DNA of 64,000 nt from Octopus vulgaris (lineage: Eukaryota), in NCBI GenBank assembly GCA_951406725.2, contig OX597819.1:76880001-76944000 (forward strand), in the 5' to 3' direction. Below the pieces are notes generated by a model. It made no database searches. It saw nothing but the letters and a program-made list of their open reading frames with translations, and was not told the DNA's origin. The translations under genes and the position numbers were made by a program. Positions 32,185 through 43,963 of the stretch are shown one piece after another (the stretch's first letter is position 1; every line of letters starts with the position of its first letter).

Positions 32185-32533
32185 TTCCTCTTTTACTTGT
32201 TTCAGTCATTTGACTGCGGCTATGCTTGGATCACCGCCTTTAGTCGAACAAATCGACCCCGGGACTTATTCTTTGTAAGCCCAGTACTTATTCTATCGGT
32301 CTCTTTTGCCGAACCGCTAAATGACGGGGATGTAAACACACCAGCATCGGTTGTCAAGCAATGCTAAGGGGACAAACACAGACACACAAACACATACACA
32401 CACATATATATATATACATATATACGACAGGCTTCTTTCAGTTTCCGTCTACCAAATCCACTCACAAGGCATTGGTCGGCCCGGGGCTATAGCAGAAGAC
32501 ACTTGCCCAAGATGCCACGCAGTGGGACTGAAC
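32185..32533 (-). mobile_element. SINE family A, head truncated at a PLE junction
   Basis: Consensus stops after gggactgaac (32533). Confidence 0.8.
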
Positions 32534-33835
32534 ATACATACGCGCGTTTCAAAGGACAATACAAATATGTAAGAAAAAATTATAACCATAGTAATTATAA
32601 TTAAATTTATGCATTGTCATTTTCATCAGTGTGAAGAATTTTTGTAAGGACATCAAAAAAGGTTTAATAAAATAGAGTAAATTAAAATAAGATACAATAA
32701 GGGAGAATACAAGTGGGATGATAGGGAAAAAATCGGATATTTGTAAGCAAGTTTTAAAAGGGGAAAATAACAGTAATAATAATAGTAAGAGAGACGAAAG
32801 GGGAAAAAAGACAGACATATCAATGTGTATACACGTCTATATGTGCGGTGAACTATAAAAATAAGAATGAAAATCTAACGGGTATGTTTAAAAAAAACGG
32901 TAACAGGTCGAGACAAAGTATAATAAACAGGGCTACGTGTGTATAGCAGGTGGACTAGTAGAAAAAAAACCATAGAGAGTTATACATATACATATTAATA
33001 TTGAAAAACGAAAAAAATATATGTACAGGAGGCTAAAAAGTGATAGGCAAAACTACATTTGAAAAAAGTTACAATATTAAAGTAAAAATGTACATACATA
33101 CAGAGAAAAAAAAAACAAAGACAATTTAACAAGGAAAAAAACATCGATGAGACAAGACTGGCCGGAGAAATTCAAGATAGTTACCTTACTCAAAAACTAG
33201 CCCGGGTAGTGAGGACAATCAGAAAAAAAGTAGGAACTCTTTCATTTCTTGAATTTAAGATAGAACCGTTCATTTTCATAATTATATAAGACTCTTCAAG
33301 GCATAAAAAATACGTTCTATTTCTAATCCTATAAGAGGGGGCAGAAGAAACAATATTCTAAGAAATTGAGAAATTTTAGTTGTCTTTTTAAAGTTGCCAT
33401 AAGTTTTTTTTAGATAAACTAGTACTACATTCTTTCTGAGGATCATTAATAGATGATTTATGATTATTCAGACATAATTTAAGAGGGGGTCTGCGTGCAA
33501 CCCATATAATGAAACCTAGGGAGATTATATGTTGTGATAGTAGCTTTATACACAACATTTTTCCTTTTACAATTACCTTTAATCTCACAGGTGTTAGGGT
33601 TCCTACACTTACAATTGTTACTAATATTAGGTGTATAATTGTTATGTGTATGTGTGTTGATTGAGGAAGAGTTTGTGTGAGTATGGGAATCGTTGGTAGA
33701 AGAAACAGAACTATTTGAACAATTGGGGCTAGTATAAGTATTAGAGGGGATATATATATTATGGTTTTCTCGATAGGAAGAGGCTGCATTCATAACTTTT
33801 TCAGGTTTACCAACACTGATGAGATAAACATTCAC
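32534..33835 (-). mobile_element. Penelope-like element 3' part: GIY-YIG endonuclease plus pseudo-LTR with hammerhead
   Basis: CKCRNPNTCEIKGNCKRKNVVYKATIT...YMGCT / LNNHKSS...TSLSKK.LWQL, frameshifted. Hammerhead motif at 32536-32632. Confidence 0.88.
32536..32632 (-). ncRNA. Hammerhead motif with canonical core, in a PLE pLTR
   Basis: ACA-CUGAUGA-AAAuGACAAUGCA...UGUAUUGUCcUUU-GAA-ACGCGCGU-A-UGU. Confidence 0.75.
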
Positions 33836-34391
33836 GATAAACAGAAGGAATATCTGAGGTTTTACTCTATGGTGAAATAGGATTGGAAAAGAATGTAAAG
33901 GGCAATATCATAGCGCGGATTTTGGCCGTTCCCTTCGACAAAAGCAAACCCGTATATAAAGTCGATATCCTGTATGGTCCGCACACCCACGCTACACCAC
34001 AGGTATGTGTGAAAATATGAAAATAATGGATAACACAGTGACGTAGCTAGAGTGTGTGCCGCTAGGGACAGCCCTTGAATTTGCCGTTCCTCTCCCACCG
34101 GTTCCCAAGCCTAAATGGGCTGGTATAGTAGACTCAAAAGTACCACCTCTAAAAACGTTCTTCGGGACGGGCTGCCCTTCGTCCATCTACTCTGGGGTGA
34201 CGAATGATGAAAAACAAGAAAGGCTTTGATGAAGGCGACATATAACCAACTTGCGCTGAGGGCCAGAGGCCTCTGCAGAAAAATCATAAATTTGATCTCA
34301 CAAAACTGTGACAGACCTTCTTCATAATCTATACATTACAAAACAGACAAAAACCATCGCATTTTTTTTCTTTTTGTGTGTGATTTAGTCG

Positions 34392-35964
34392 AGCGCCAAC
34401 ACAAGAGAAGAGAACAGGTTGCTCAATACACCTCCTTAAATAGATGTTGCCCACGAATGCCTCGCTGTGGTCTCTCGCATGGCAAACATGGTTGTAGGCG
34501 AGATCTCATGTGTCACGCTACAGGAGCTTCCCCCTGAGAACGCCAGTGCGAAAATTAGAATGATTGGAACATGCACAAGAAAGCAAAGATGGCCACCGAT
34601 CACAAACAACAAGATGTGGTACAAAATTTAATACAAAATGTGAAATTGAGAAAAAAATAATCATAAGCAATATAAAAGGAGCATGCACAAATTATTTATT
34701 TTTACAGAGTTCAACGACAAGGCATTGGTATCGTTCAGCACGCGAGAAACAATTGTCTGTCACAGGAAGAAAAATGAAAAAAAGTTAGATGTAAATAGTT
34801 CTAGTGAGTTTTTTGGGCCAATGCACAGTGCGGTCTGTCCTGGTGACATAGGGTTTGTTCGTGTTAGGTAGTGGCGATGAAGTTGGAGGTGTAGGTGATG
34901 GTGTGGTCAGAGGTGCATGTGCAGGTTGTTGTAAAGGATCAGAGGTAGGCGTGTTTGGGATGTCATCGAAGGGCGTGGACACCTCAAAATGTGCCCTTTT
35001 AAGCCTGTCGACCGACACGGTCTCTGCCTGACCATTGATGTCGAGACTAAAAGTTTTGGGTGTGCGCGATGGCACATGGAATGGTCCCTTATAAGGAGAA
35101 ACGAGAGGTCCCTTCACAGAATCATCCCGGACAAAAACGTCAGTCCATTTGTCAATGTCCGGTGGGACGTGAGAGTGAATAGACTGGTCACGCGGATGCA
35201 AGGGTGGAGACTTGAGAAATACGAGCGAAGTCTGGTGACATACGACGTTGGATCAGGACGCGATGAATTGTCTGGCGCTAACATTGTGCTGGAGAGTGCC
35301 AGGATGGTACCGTAAAGGAGTTCAGCAGAGGAGAAACCTAAGTCTGCTTTAACAGCAGTGCGACAGCCAAGAAGAACAATAGGCAGGAATTCTGTCCAAG
35401 ACAGTGGATCAGGAGTGGCGTGTAGAGCAGCCTTCAGTTGCCTGTGAAAACGTTTAACCACGTTTGTCAGGTCCACTTCCTTTTTTTTTTTTTTGTTACT
35501 TCTGTCACTTCCGCAAAACTTTTCTTCCTTAAGCACTTGTCCATTCTATCACCTGCTCGAGTTCCTCCTCCTCCGAGGACAATTCGGACCCACTAAGGTC
35601 CGAATAGAACATGTTTCTTACTGTTGACATTGCTGACGTCTCCTTAAGGCGGAGAGAAAGCACAACCAGCAAACCGCTGCAAAGCAGCACAAGACAGTCG
35701 ACTACTCCTCATACAATCGACTAACACACCAGCACGATGCGAACGCAAGAGAAAGAAAAACGAAAATGGCGAATGCCAAAGCGAGAGAAGAGAACGGGTT
35801 CCTCAATACACCCCCTTATATAGATGTTGCCCACGAGAGCCTCGCTGTGGTCTCGCGCATGGCAAACAAGGTTGTAGGCGAGATCTCGCTCTTGTCTCGG
35901 ACCTGGCAATGGTCGCCGGTGAGATCTCGTACAAAATGGCGCTGGCTTCTTGTGTCACGCTACA
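34392..35964 (-). mobile_element. Internally deleted Ty3/Gypsy LTR retrotransposon
   Basis: Integrase VKRFHRQLKAAL...WTEFLPIVLLG.RT...AELLYG and GPY/F module PYKGPF...VSVDRLK. Two LTR copies start TGTAGCGTGACACA (35964, 34522). Polypurine-tract-like AGGGGGAAGCTCC at 34523-34535. Confidence 0.92.
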
Positions 35965-36048
35965 CATGTTCGCAACATGAAACTTGACCCACAGTTCATT
36001 CTATTCGGATTGAGAAAAAACACATATACTGATAGCATCTTTGACTTC

Positions 36049-36769
36049 GTTTATATATTTGTTGTGCAAGATTTTTTATGTGAAGTCGTGTGTTGAAACA
36101 GATATTGTTATATTTCTGAATGGTCATTTTGCCAGTTTAGCCAACAACATAGAAATTAAAATATTGTCCACACATAGAACAGATGCAACAATAAGACAAA
36201 TTACAGAAGCTACACACATAATAGAAAATAAACCTAGCCTGAATAGAAAACTAGAATGGAACACTAGCACACACCACAACATATGACGGTAGAGGATCCC
36301 GAAAACATAATAAATACACAGATAAATAAACAAATAGAAATAAATAATTATATTATTTTTTGTTTTGATTTATTATTATTATTACTAGTATTGTTGTTAT
36401 ACATACATACATACATACATACAAGCATATGTAATGATAATAATAAAGGGATGTAAACACATGAACAAAATAAGAATAAACAAAAACAACAACAACAAAA
36501 ACGCACATAAAGATATAAGCATGCGCAAATGAAGACATACAATAGAAATACAAAATGGCTGACGGTTAGTAAGGAGAGACACAAATAAGAAAGAAGAAAA
36601 CAAAGGACCACTGATGCGGTCACAGGAGTGTGACGAAAGAACTCTGGCCGAAATAAGATTAAGATTAATGTAAAAAATAAATAACACTGAAGCAAAGTAA
36701 CACCAAATATATAGTGCGTGTGATTTTATTGGCTAAACTGGCAAAATGACCATTCCGAAATATAACAAT
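36049..36769 (+). mobile_element. 5'-truncated Penelope-like insertion with inverted 5' pLTR segment and TSD
   Basis: KILSTH...RQITEATHIIENKPSLNR (GIY-YIG C-terminus). Inverted repeat 36100-36144 / 36729-36773. Direct repeat atctttgacttc at 36037-36048 and 36770-36781. Confidence 0.82.
36606..36649 (+). ncRNA. Minimal hammerhead motif (A9 to C variant or decayed)
   Basis: CCA-CUGAUGC-G-GUCAC aggagu GUGAC-GAA-AGaaCU-C-UGG, downstream of the GIY-YIG end. Confidence 0.6.
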
Positions 36770-37438
36770 ATCTTTGACTTCCTAATATTATTAGCAAAAT
36801 TTTTTTATAAACAAAAGCAAAGTGGCAAAAAACACTCTGAACTTCAATCATTTTAGAAACTTTGTGCACGACAGATATCTAATTGAAAAAAAAAACCCCA
36901 AATCATCCAATGAAAGCAAGCAAGATAAATTTTATAAAAAATGGAGGCTCTACCTCGAGTTTGAAAACACATGATAGTCCTCTAGTATTAGTTCTTGTAG
37001 AATTATTAAGATTTTATGAGTGATTAACGATTGAGTGTGTAGTCTATTTTATTTTCCTCTAATTTTTATTCATCCTGTTCTCTCTCTTCTCTTTATTTGT
37101 TTTCTTATTTTATTTATTAGTATTTTTTTTCTTTCTCTTAAAACAAAAAGAATCCTCCTCCAACCCCCTTCGTAAAAAAGAATCCTGTTCTCCATTTGTT
37201 TTATACAAAACTTCACAGTCTCCTGGCAGTGCTGTTTCATATTATAACAGGGAAAACTGGAAATAAAAAGTTAATTTTTAAAAATTAATAAATCTCTGGA
37301 AACTACCGAGAACGTCGGGAAATCAACTGGCAAAATTTAGACACTATTTTCAAAATTACTTGAAACGAAAGCAGTATATTTCAACAGAAATATGTTAACA
37401 AAAGAGCTGGCAGTGTTTCTCATGGGACAGGGATTGCC

Positions 37439-37854
37439 GGATCTTTTCGGTTTGAACGGCAGTTTTTTATAATAATTTCCACGTAACTAAACATTTTAAA
37501 ACTTCGTATACTGGTAGAATGTGTTTATAAAACATCTTTTTCTCTTGGCTTTATTGAGAAAATTCTATGGTTTGTAAGATATCTGTTGTTTTTTTTTCTT
37601 CAATTTCTGCAATTTCAACCAATCAATGACGTCTATTGAGGTAAAAAACATTCTGTGCCGTATGAATATGTCCCTCGTTTAAGAAACAGATTGGGTTTAT
37701 TTCATTTGTGAAGAAAAAAAGATACACTTCCCCCTAACCAACCCTAACCCTAAAACAGATTGAAATGCAATAAATCGATACTAGGGTCATAATTATAGGT
37801 GACAATTTCATATGACACCGCTTTAAAAAACTGCCGTTCAAACCGAAAAGATCC
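37439..37854. mobile_element. MITE with ~29-bp TIR (Merlin-like), copy 1
   Basis: ggatcttttcggtttgaacggcagttttt / aaaaactgccgttcaaaccgaaaagatcc. Flanks ggattgcc / gggttgca. Confidence 0.88.
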
Positions 37855-38435
37855 GGGTTGCATTCTCGTCAATCTCCTGGGAAATTGGCTTTAATTTGGA
37901 TGTGGTACCATGTGTCGTCCAGCTATGAGGTTATAGTGTAGTTTAAGGAAGATTTGGCTGCTATTTCTAACATGTGTGCTGTTCTCATGGGGACAGTTAC
38001 AACTTCCGGTATATTCTGCAATCGAAGCTTCAATTGGCTAATGCAGTTTTCGTCATCAACATTTAAATTGCATCGGAACTACATTTTTGAAAAAAAATAA
38101 CGGCGGAAGTAAAGAATACCACGCTACTCGTTTTTGGCGTAACCCTAACCTTAATCCTAACCCTAAACACCAGGTGTGCATATTCTTTACCATCGCCAAA
38201 ATAATATGGTGAACATTTGAAAAACTTCGAGTGGCAGAAATTTAACATTATCCCTTAGCCAGTCGGCACTCATATAAAGAGTATTGCTAGCTAGCATGCA
38301 CCATGTTTTCGCTATTTTTTTTATTTTTTAGATGCCTAATTCAGTCGTGAGCAGATATAGACACTTTCTCGGTTCTCCCACCCTTCATCCAGCAAAACAT
38401 GAACGAAAGGTCCTGCTTAAATATATAACACGCAG

Positions 38436-38640
38436 GGCGGCGAGCTGGCAGAAACGTTAGCACGCCGGACGGAATGCTTAGCGGTATTTCGTCTGTCGTT
38501 ACGTTCCGAGTTCAACTCAACTTTGCCTTTCATCCTTTCGGGGTCGATAAATTAAGAACAGGTTTCGCATTGGGGTCGATGTAATCGACTTAATCCGTTT
38601 GTCCCCTCTATATTTAGCCCCTTGTGGGCAGTAAAGAAAT
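38436..38640 (+). mobile_element. SINE family B with TSD atatataacacgc
   Basis: Direct repeat on both flanks. Confidence 0.85.
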
Positions 38641-38991
38641 ATATATATAACACGCCGCCAAATCCAGAAACTGAAGCCACGATCGTACGATGATGAGCCG
38701 AACACTCCTAGCTACTAAACCACATGCCTTCACCGAAAGCGATCTATCGAAGACTGATTTAAAAGTGTACGTCTGCTTTTCATATAGTAACTGTTCTTTG
38801 GTAATTTTCCCTAGTCGTTCTATTGAATACTTTTATATTTCATGAGAGCCGATAAGTGGTGGGAGTCACTCACGCTGGAATCATAGAGTGAGGCGGCAAT
38901 CTTCTACGCCAGGCATACACAACATTTTTCAAGAAGCGAGACATGGCTCATCAGGTGAACTGCAGTGTTAAAAAACAAAAATCAAGATAAT

Positions 38992-39750
38992 AGGCGCAGG
39001 CTTGGCTGTGTGGTAAGAAGGCGGCGAGCTGGCAGAGACGTTAGCACGCCGGGCGAAATGCTTTGTGGTATTTCGTCCGCCGCTCCGTTCTGAGTTCAAA
39101 TTCCACCGAGGTCGACTTTGCCTTTCATCCTTTCGGGGTCGATAAATTAAGTACCAGTGACGCACTGGGGTCGATGTAATCGACTTAATCCGTTTGTCTG
39201 TCCTTGTTTGTTCTCTCTGTGTCTAGCCCCTTGTGGGTAGTAAAGAAATAGGTATTTCATCCTCCGTTCTGAGTTCAAATTCCACTGAGGTCGACTTTGC
39301 CTTTCACCCTTTCTGGGTCGATAAATTAAGTACCAGTTACGCATTGGAGTCGATGTAATCGACTCAATTCCTTTGTCTGTCCTTGTTTGTCCCCTCTATG
39401 TTTAGCCCCTTGTGGTCAATAAAGAAATAAGAAGCTAGCCTCCCAGTCACATGATTCCGTGTTCAGTCCCACTGTGTGACACCTTGGGCAAGTGTCTTTT
39501 ATTGTAGCCTCGAGCCGACCAAATCTTTGTGAGCGGATATGGTAGCGGTATGTGTGTTTGTGTACCACCACCGTTTGACAGCCGGTGTTGGTTTTTACAC
39601 CTTCTTAACTTAGTGGTTCGGCAAAAGAGACAAGTATTATAAGTACCAGGCTTTAAAAAATAAGTCCTGGCGGTCGATTTGTTCGACTAAAACCCTTTAA
39701 GACGGTGCCCCAGCATGGCAGCAGTAAAACGATTGAAAAAAGTAAAAGAA
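38992..39750 (+). mobile_element. SINE family A with nested, internally duplicated SINE family B (39020-39427)
   Basis: TSD taagaa at 39014-39019 and 39428-39433. Family A resumes after the insert. Confidence 0.85.
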
Positions 39751-40549
39751 AAAAAAAGATATTTCGTTGAGCCTGATATTTAGGAAGTTCTGCTTGTCGC
39801 AGTTGTGACCATGACTGTTCTCTGTAGTCAATAAACCTACAAGATAAGGCAAATTGCTCTTAAACACTCTTGTCATCTGAGAAAAAAAGAGAATACATTT
39901 GCCGATGTGATTGTAGGCACAGTAAAAGATGGAATCGTCAAGACAGGAAAGTTTTTGAGCATAGAACTGCTCGATCAGAGCAATTCAACACTACAGCAAG
40001 TATTCTAACAAGCCGATAAAAGAATATCATTTAGTTTGTCGTCGCTCGAGTCGCAAGAAATAGCAGCTAAATATATTTTAAATTACACCCTACTGCATTT
40101 TTTAAGGATTACTTTTTGATAATGGTAGTGCTATGGCGAGCAGTGTTGGATAAGCGAAAGAGTTAATAGAAAGAGAGACATCGCGCGCGTGCGTGCATGC
40201 GTATGTGTGTGTGTGTGTAATAAGAGTGACTGAAAACAAAATACGGTTAGTCATTTAAAGTAGGATATTTTTTGAGGAGACGAGGGAACGAAGCATTAAT
40301 GCATATTTATTCCCAATGTCATCATAGCCTTTTATTTTCAACAGGCAATGAATGATACCAGTAATACACTGAAAGTCTGTAGACTAATCGATTATAAACG
40401 TTCCCCTCTCAAAAATCTGGCTTTGTGCACAGTCAAAAATAAATCAATATCGACTGAAAAAATAAAAAGAAGAATGAAGAAGCTCTTGAAAAAAAAAACC
40501 CCAAAAAAACCCCGCACGACAGAAACAAAGGAGAGCGAGATGGAGAAGC

Positions 40550-40764
40550 AGAGAGATAGCAGGGAAGCAATGAGTGTGTATGTGAGTGTATGTGTGTGTG
40601 TGAGAGAGAGAGAGAGAGACAGACAGACAGATAGACAGAGAGGAAAAAGAAACAGTGAAATAAGGAGAAGAATGAGAAACACTGATAATGTGAAAGAGAA
40701 AAGGTTAGAAAGAGACATTAAGATCTAGTAACGTGTGTGTATATATACATATACAACATACATA

Positions 40765-40802
<38 letters not shown>

Positions 40803-41400
40803 GAGAGAGAGAGAGAGAGGTGAATGGATAGCGCAGAGACATGGTAGAAGGGAAGAGAAACAGAAAAGTGAGTATCAGAAGAGAGATGTAAAAAGAAAGA
40901 GAACTGGGCGAATTCAGTAAAGAAAGATGAGAGATAAGGAACAGTAGAGTGGATAGATTAAAGAGAGAGAGAGAGAGAGGAAGACAGTGGTAGAAAAGCG
41001 CGAGAAAGAGAGGGGGAGAAAAAGAGAGCTTATCAGTATAGGAAAGAGAAACTGGAGAGAGATACTATTGAGGTCATGAAATGAGTGAGAAAGACAGGGA
41101 TGGGAGAAAAGTAAAGAACGAATAAGAAAGAAAAGGTGGGAAGAGAGAATGAACAGGGTGAGTATTGATATCAATAAAGAGAGGGAAAGAATGAGTGAAA
41201 GAAAGACGATGATTGAGATGAGGAGAAACTAGGGATGAGAAAGAAAGAAGAGTGGTGGCAGAAAATGAGATAGGTAAGATGTATTGAGGTCAATACAGAG
41301 AGAGAGAGAGAGAGAGAGAAAGAAAGAGAACGAAAGTGAAAGAGAAAGAAAGAGTAGTAGTGTATTAAGGAAGAAGACAATTAGATGGAGAGGAAGCGAA
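40550..41400. repeat. GA-rich low-complexity region
   Basis: Strong purine skew on the + strand. Confidence 0.8.
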
Positions 41401-43220
41401 AGGAAATATTACTACATTGGTGAAAGTGGTGAGCGAGAAAACCTCTCCAATAACTGACAATAAAACGCTTCTCCGTGCTAAAAGAGAACGGACAGAACAA
41501 CTTTTTTTTTCAGACACCCTACTTCTTGGGTGAAAAAGACCTACACACATACAAAAAAGATCAAGAAGGACATATATTTGTATATAATTTTAAAGCGATA
41601 AAAAAAAAATTCAAACTACGTAGAGAAAGAAACGGTTAAAATAACGGTCGTGGGGGAATTTAATATTTGGTAAGACATACGTATAAAACTGTACATAATA
41701 ACGAAAGAATTGTCACTCTGATAGTAATATACTTGCCTACTTTATATATACACACAAATGTACATTTATTTACATGCGTATATTTATATATACATATATC
41801 TGCATTTGTCTGTTAGTACTGAGTGTGTGCCGGCATGAGATAATAAAACGCGGACTGACTATATATATTTATATATATCTAGAAAGGAGGCAAGAATGAG
41901 TGACAAAGAGTAAATGATACTCTTTTCAATAACAGTCTGAATAATAACAGCCGTTTCTTAATAATAGAACAGAAACATCACAGAAAGAAAAGATAATACC
42001 ATTATAAGTACCACTACCACATTACCGAGAACAAACCACAACCGCAAATAGCTAAGAAAATATATTTATTTCTCTAAATTTCTCTCTTGCTCTCTCTCTC
42101 ACCGTCTATCTTCGTTTCTCGCGGAATTTTTTTGAAAATATATTCATAAGAAAAAAAAAATAGTAACTAACTAACTAACGAAAATATATATGTTTTCTCT
42201 TTTACACAAGTCAAAGAAAAATAAAGAAAAAAATGAACTTTGAAAAGCCAACTAGTAAAAAAGAAACAGACAACAAAACTTACGAAAAATATATAATAAA
42301 TGAATTTTGAAGCTGAACAAACGAAACAACACCTCTTCGAAGGATTAAATAATATTCTTTTTAAGTAACTATTATATATATATATATATATACACACATA
42401 TATTATAACAATGTCCAGCGACGCAACAATTTCGATATTGATTATAGCTCTTAAGGAACGAAAAAGCTGACCGGAGTGAGTTATTTATTTACACCAGTTA
42501 TATATCAGTATCATCGTCACCATCTTCATCTTTGTTATTAACACCATTTTTGTAAGTAGAAACCGAAAGGTGTTGAGCGAAAAATATTTATATGTAAGGC
42601 TCGTTATGCTTGTTCACCTGTATGCGTTAGCGTGTATATGTATAGCACGTCCTCTCTCTCTCTCTCACTCATAACGTGTATAGCTCTTCCCTCTACTCTC
42701 TCTCTCCCCCTATTTCCCTGTATGTTAGTGTAGTTTTACCACTTCCCTGTCTCTCTCTCTCATTTTCTGTATAACTTTATTTCCTCTCTTTGAATCGTGT
42801 GTATAAGCTTCCCTCCTATCTATCACTTATATAATGTGAACAGCTCTTCCCCCACTCTCTCCCTCTCTCTCAATCACCCTCTGTGCAAATAGCTCTTTCT
42901 CTCCCCTTCCCTGTTACTCAGTATATATATATATATATAATATTTGTGTGTGTGTTTAAGTGTGCGTATTTGTAACTCTTGCCGCTTTTCTCTCATTGTA
43001 AGTATAGCTCTTACTCCTACTCTTTCCCCTCTCTCATTCTCTCACTCATAATATGAGTGTGTAGAGTGTAGCTGTTGCTTGTTGCTGTTTCGTTCTCGCT
43101 GCTGTTCTATGCCCTCCCTCCATCTATCTTATTTCTACTCCTCCTCTACCTCCTCCCTCGTTGCTTTTTTTCTTACTCTCTTTTCCTCACTTTCTTTTTC
43201 TCTTTCTCTTTTCTGTGCAG

Positions 43221-43261
43221 AAGTCAGTCTTTGACTCACATGTTCTCTGTGATGCCGTGTG
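43221..43261 (+). other. Candidate 41-nt 5'UTR exon of NCX
   Basis: Long pyrimidine tract ending ttttctgtgcAG (43220), followed by G|GTAAGG at 43262. Another GTAAGT donor lies at 42552. Confidence 0.35.
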
Positions 43262-43963
43262 GTAAGGCATACATACACGTTTATAAACATGTATGTTTAG
43301 CAGCATTCACACCTTTTTTACAAAAACAAGCTTGCTTTCTCTAGTTGTCGATAATTAGTGTGTATGAGTACGTGTGTGTATATATATATTATGTTTGTGT
43401 ATAGTGTAAATACATATAGTTGATAGCTTTGTTGGGTTTTTTTTTTCCATTTTACTCTGTGTTTCTGTCTCTCTCTTACCTATTTATTTTGTCGCGGTGT
43501 TTGTAAATATATAATTTATATATCTTCATATATTTTTGTGTGTGTTAATTGCATAGAAGTTTAGTGGTATAAAGTGTGATTGTATATATACATATATGTA
43601 TATATACCTACGTATGCTTGCGCGCACATGAAATATGCAAACAGGGGATAAAAAAAAGATAATACACATATGATGTGTATGAGTGTATAATATATATACA
43701 TATATATTTATATATTGTTCATATTGTTGGGTTTAACTACATAAGGGATTTAAGATTTTCCTTTTATCATTACGTGCACTTTCGGAATTCTTGGAAATTT
43801 CATAACTTTGGAAAAAAAAAATTATTTATTAATAACCCGGATTTTTTGTTAAAAGAAAACGAAACAAAGTTCACAATATCTACCAACTAAGGAATTCTAT
43901 TTACATTGAAAAGTTTCTCATCGACTTGAATCAACTATCGAAAACTAACACACGTCGTTCACC

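Noticed and set aside
33815-33845. CTGATGAG on the + strand
   Set aside because: There is no stem II or GAAA, and it lies antisense within a PLE coding remnant.
38140-38167. Telomere-like CCCTAA units
   Set aside because: Only about four degenerate units, internal to the sequence, so not a telomere or fusion site.
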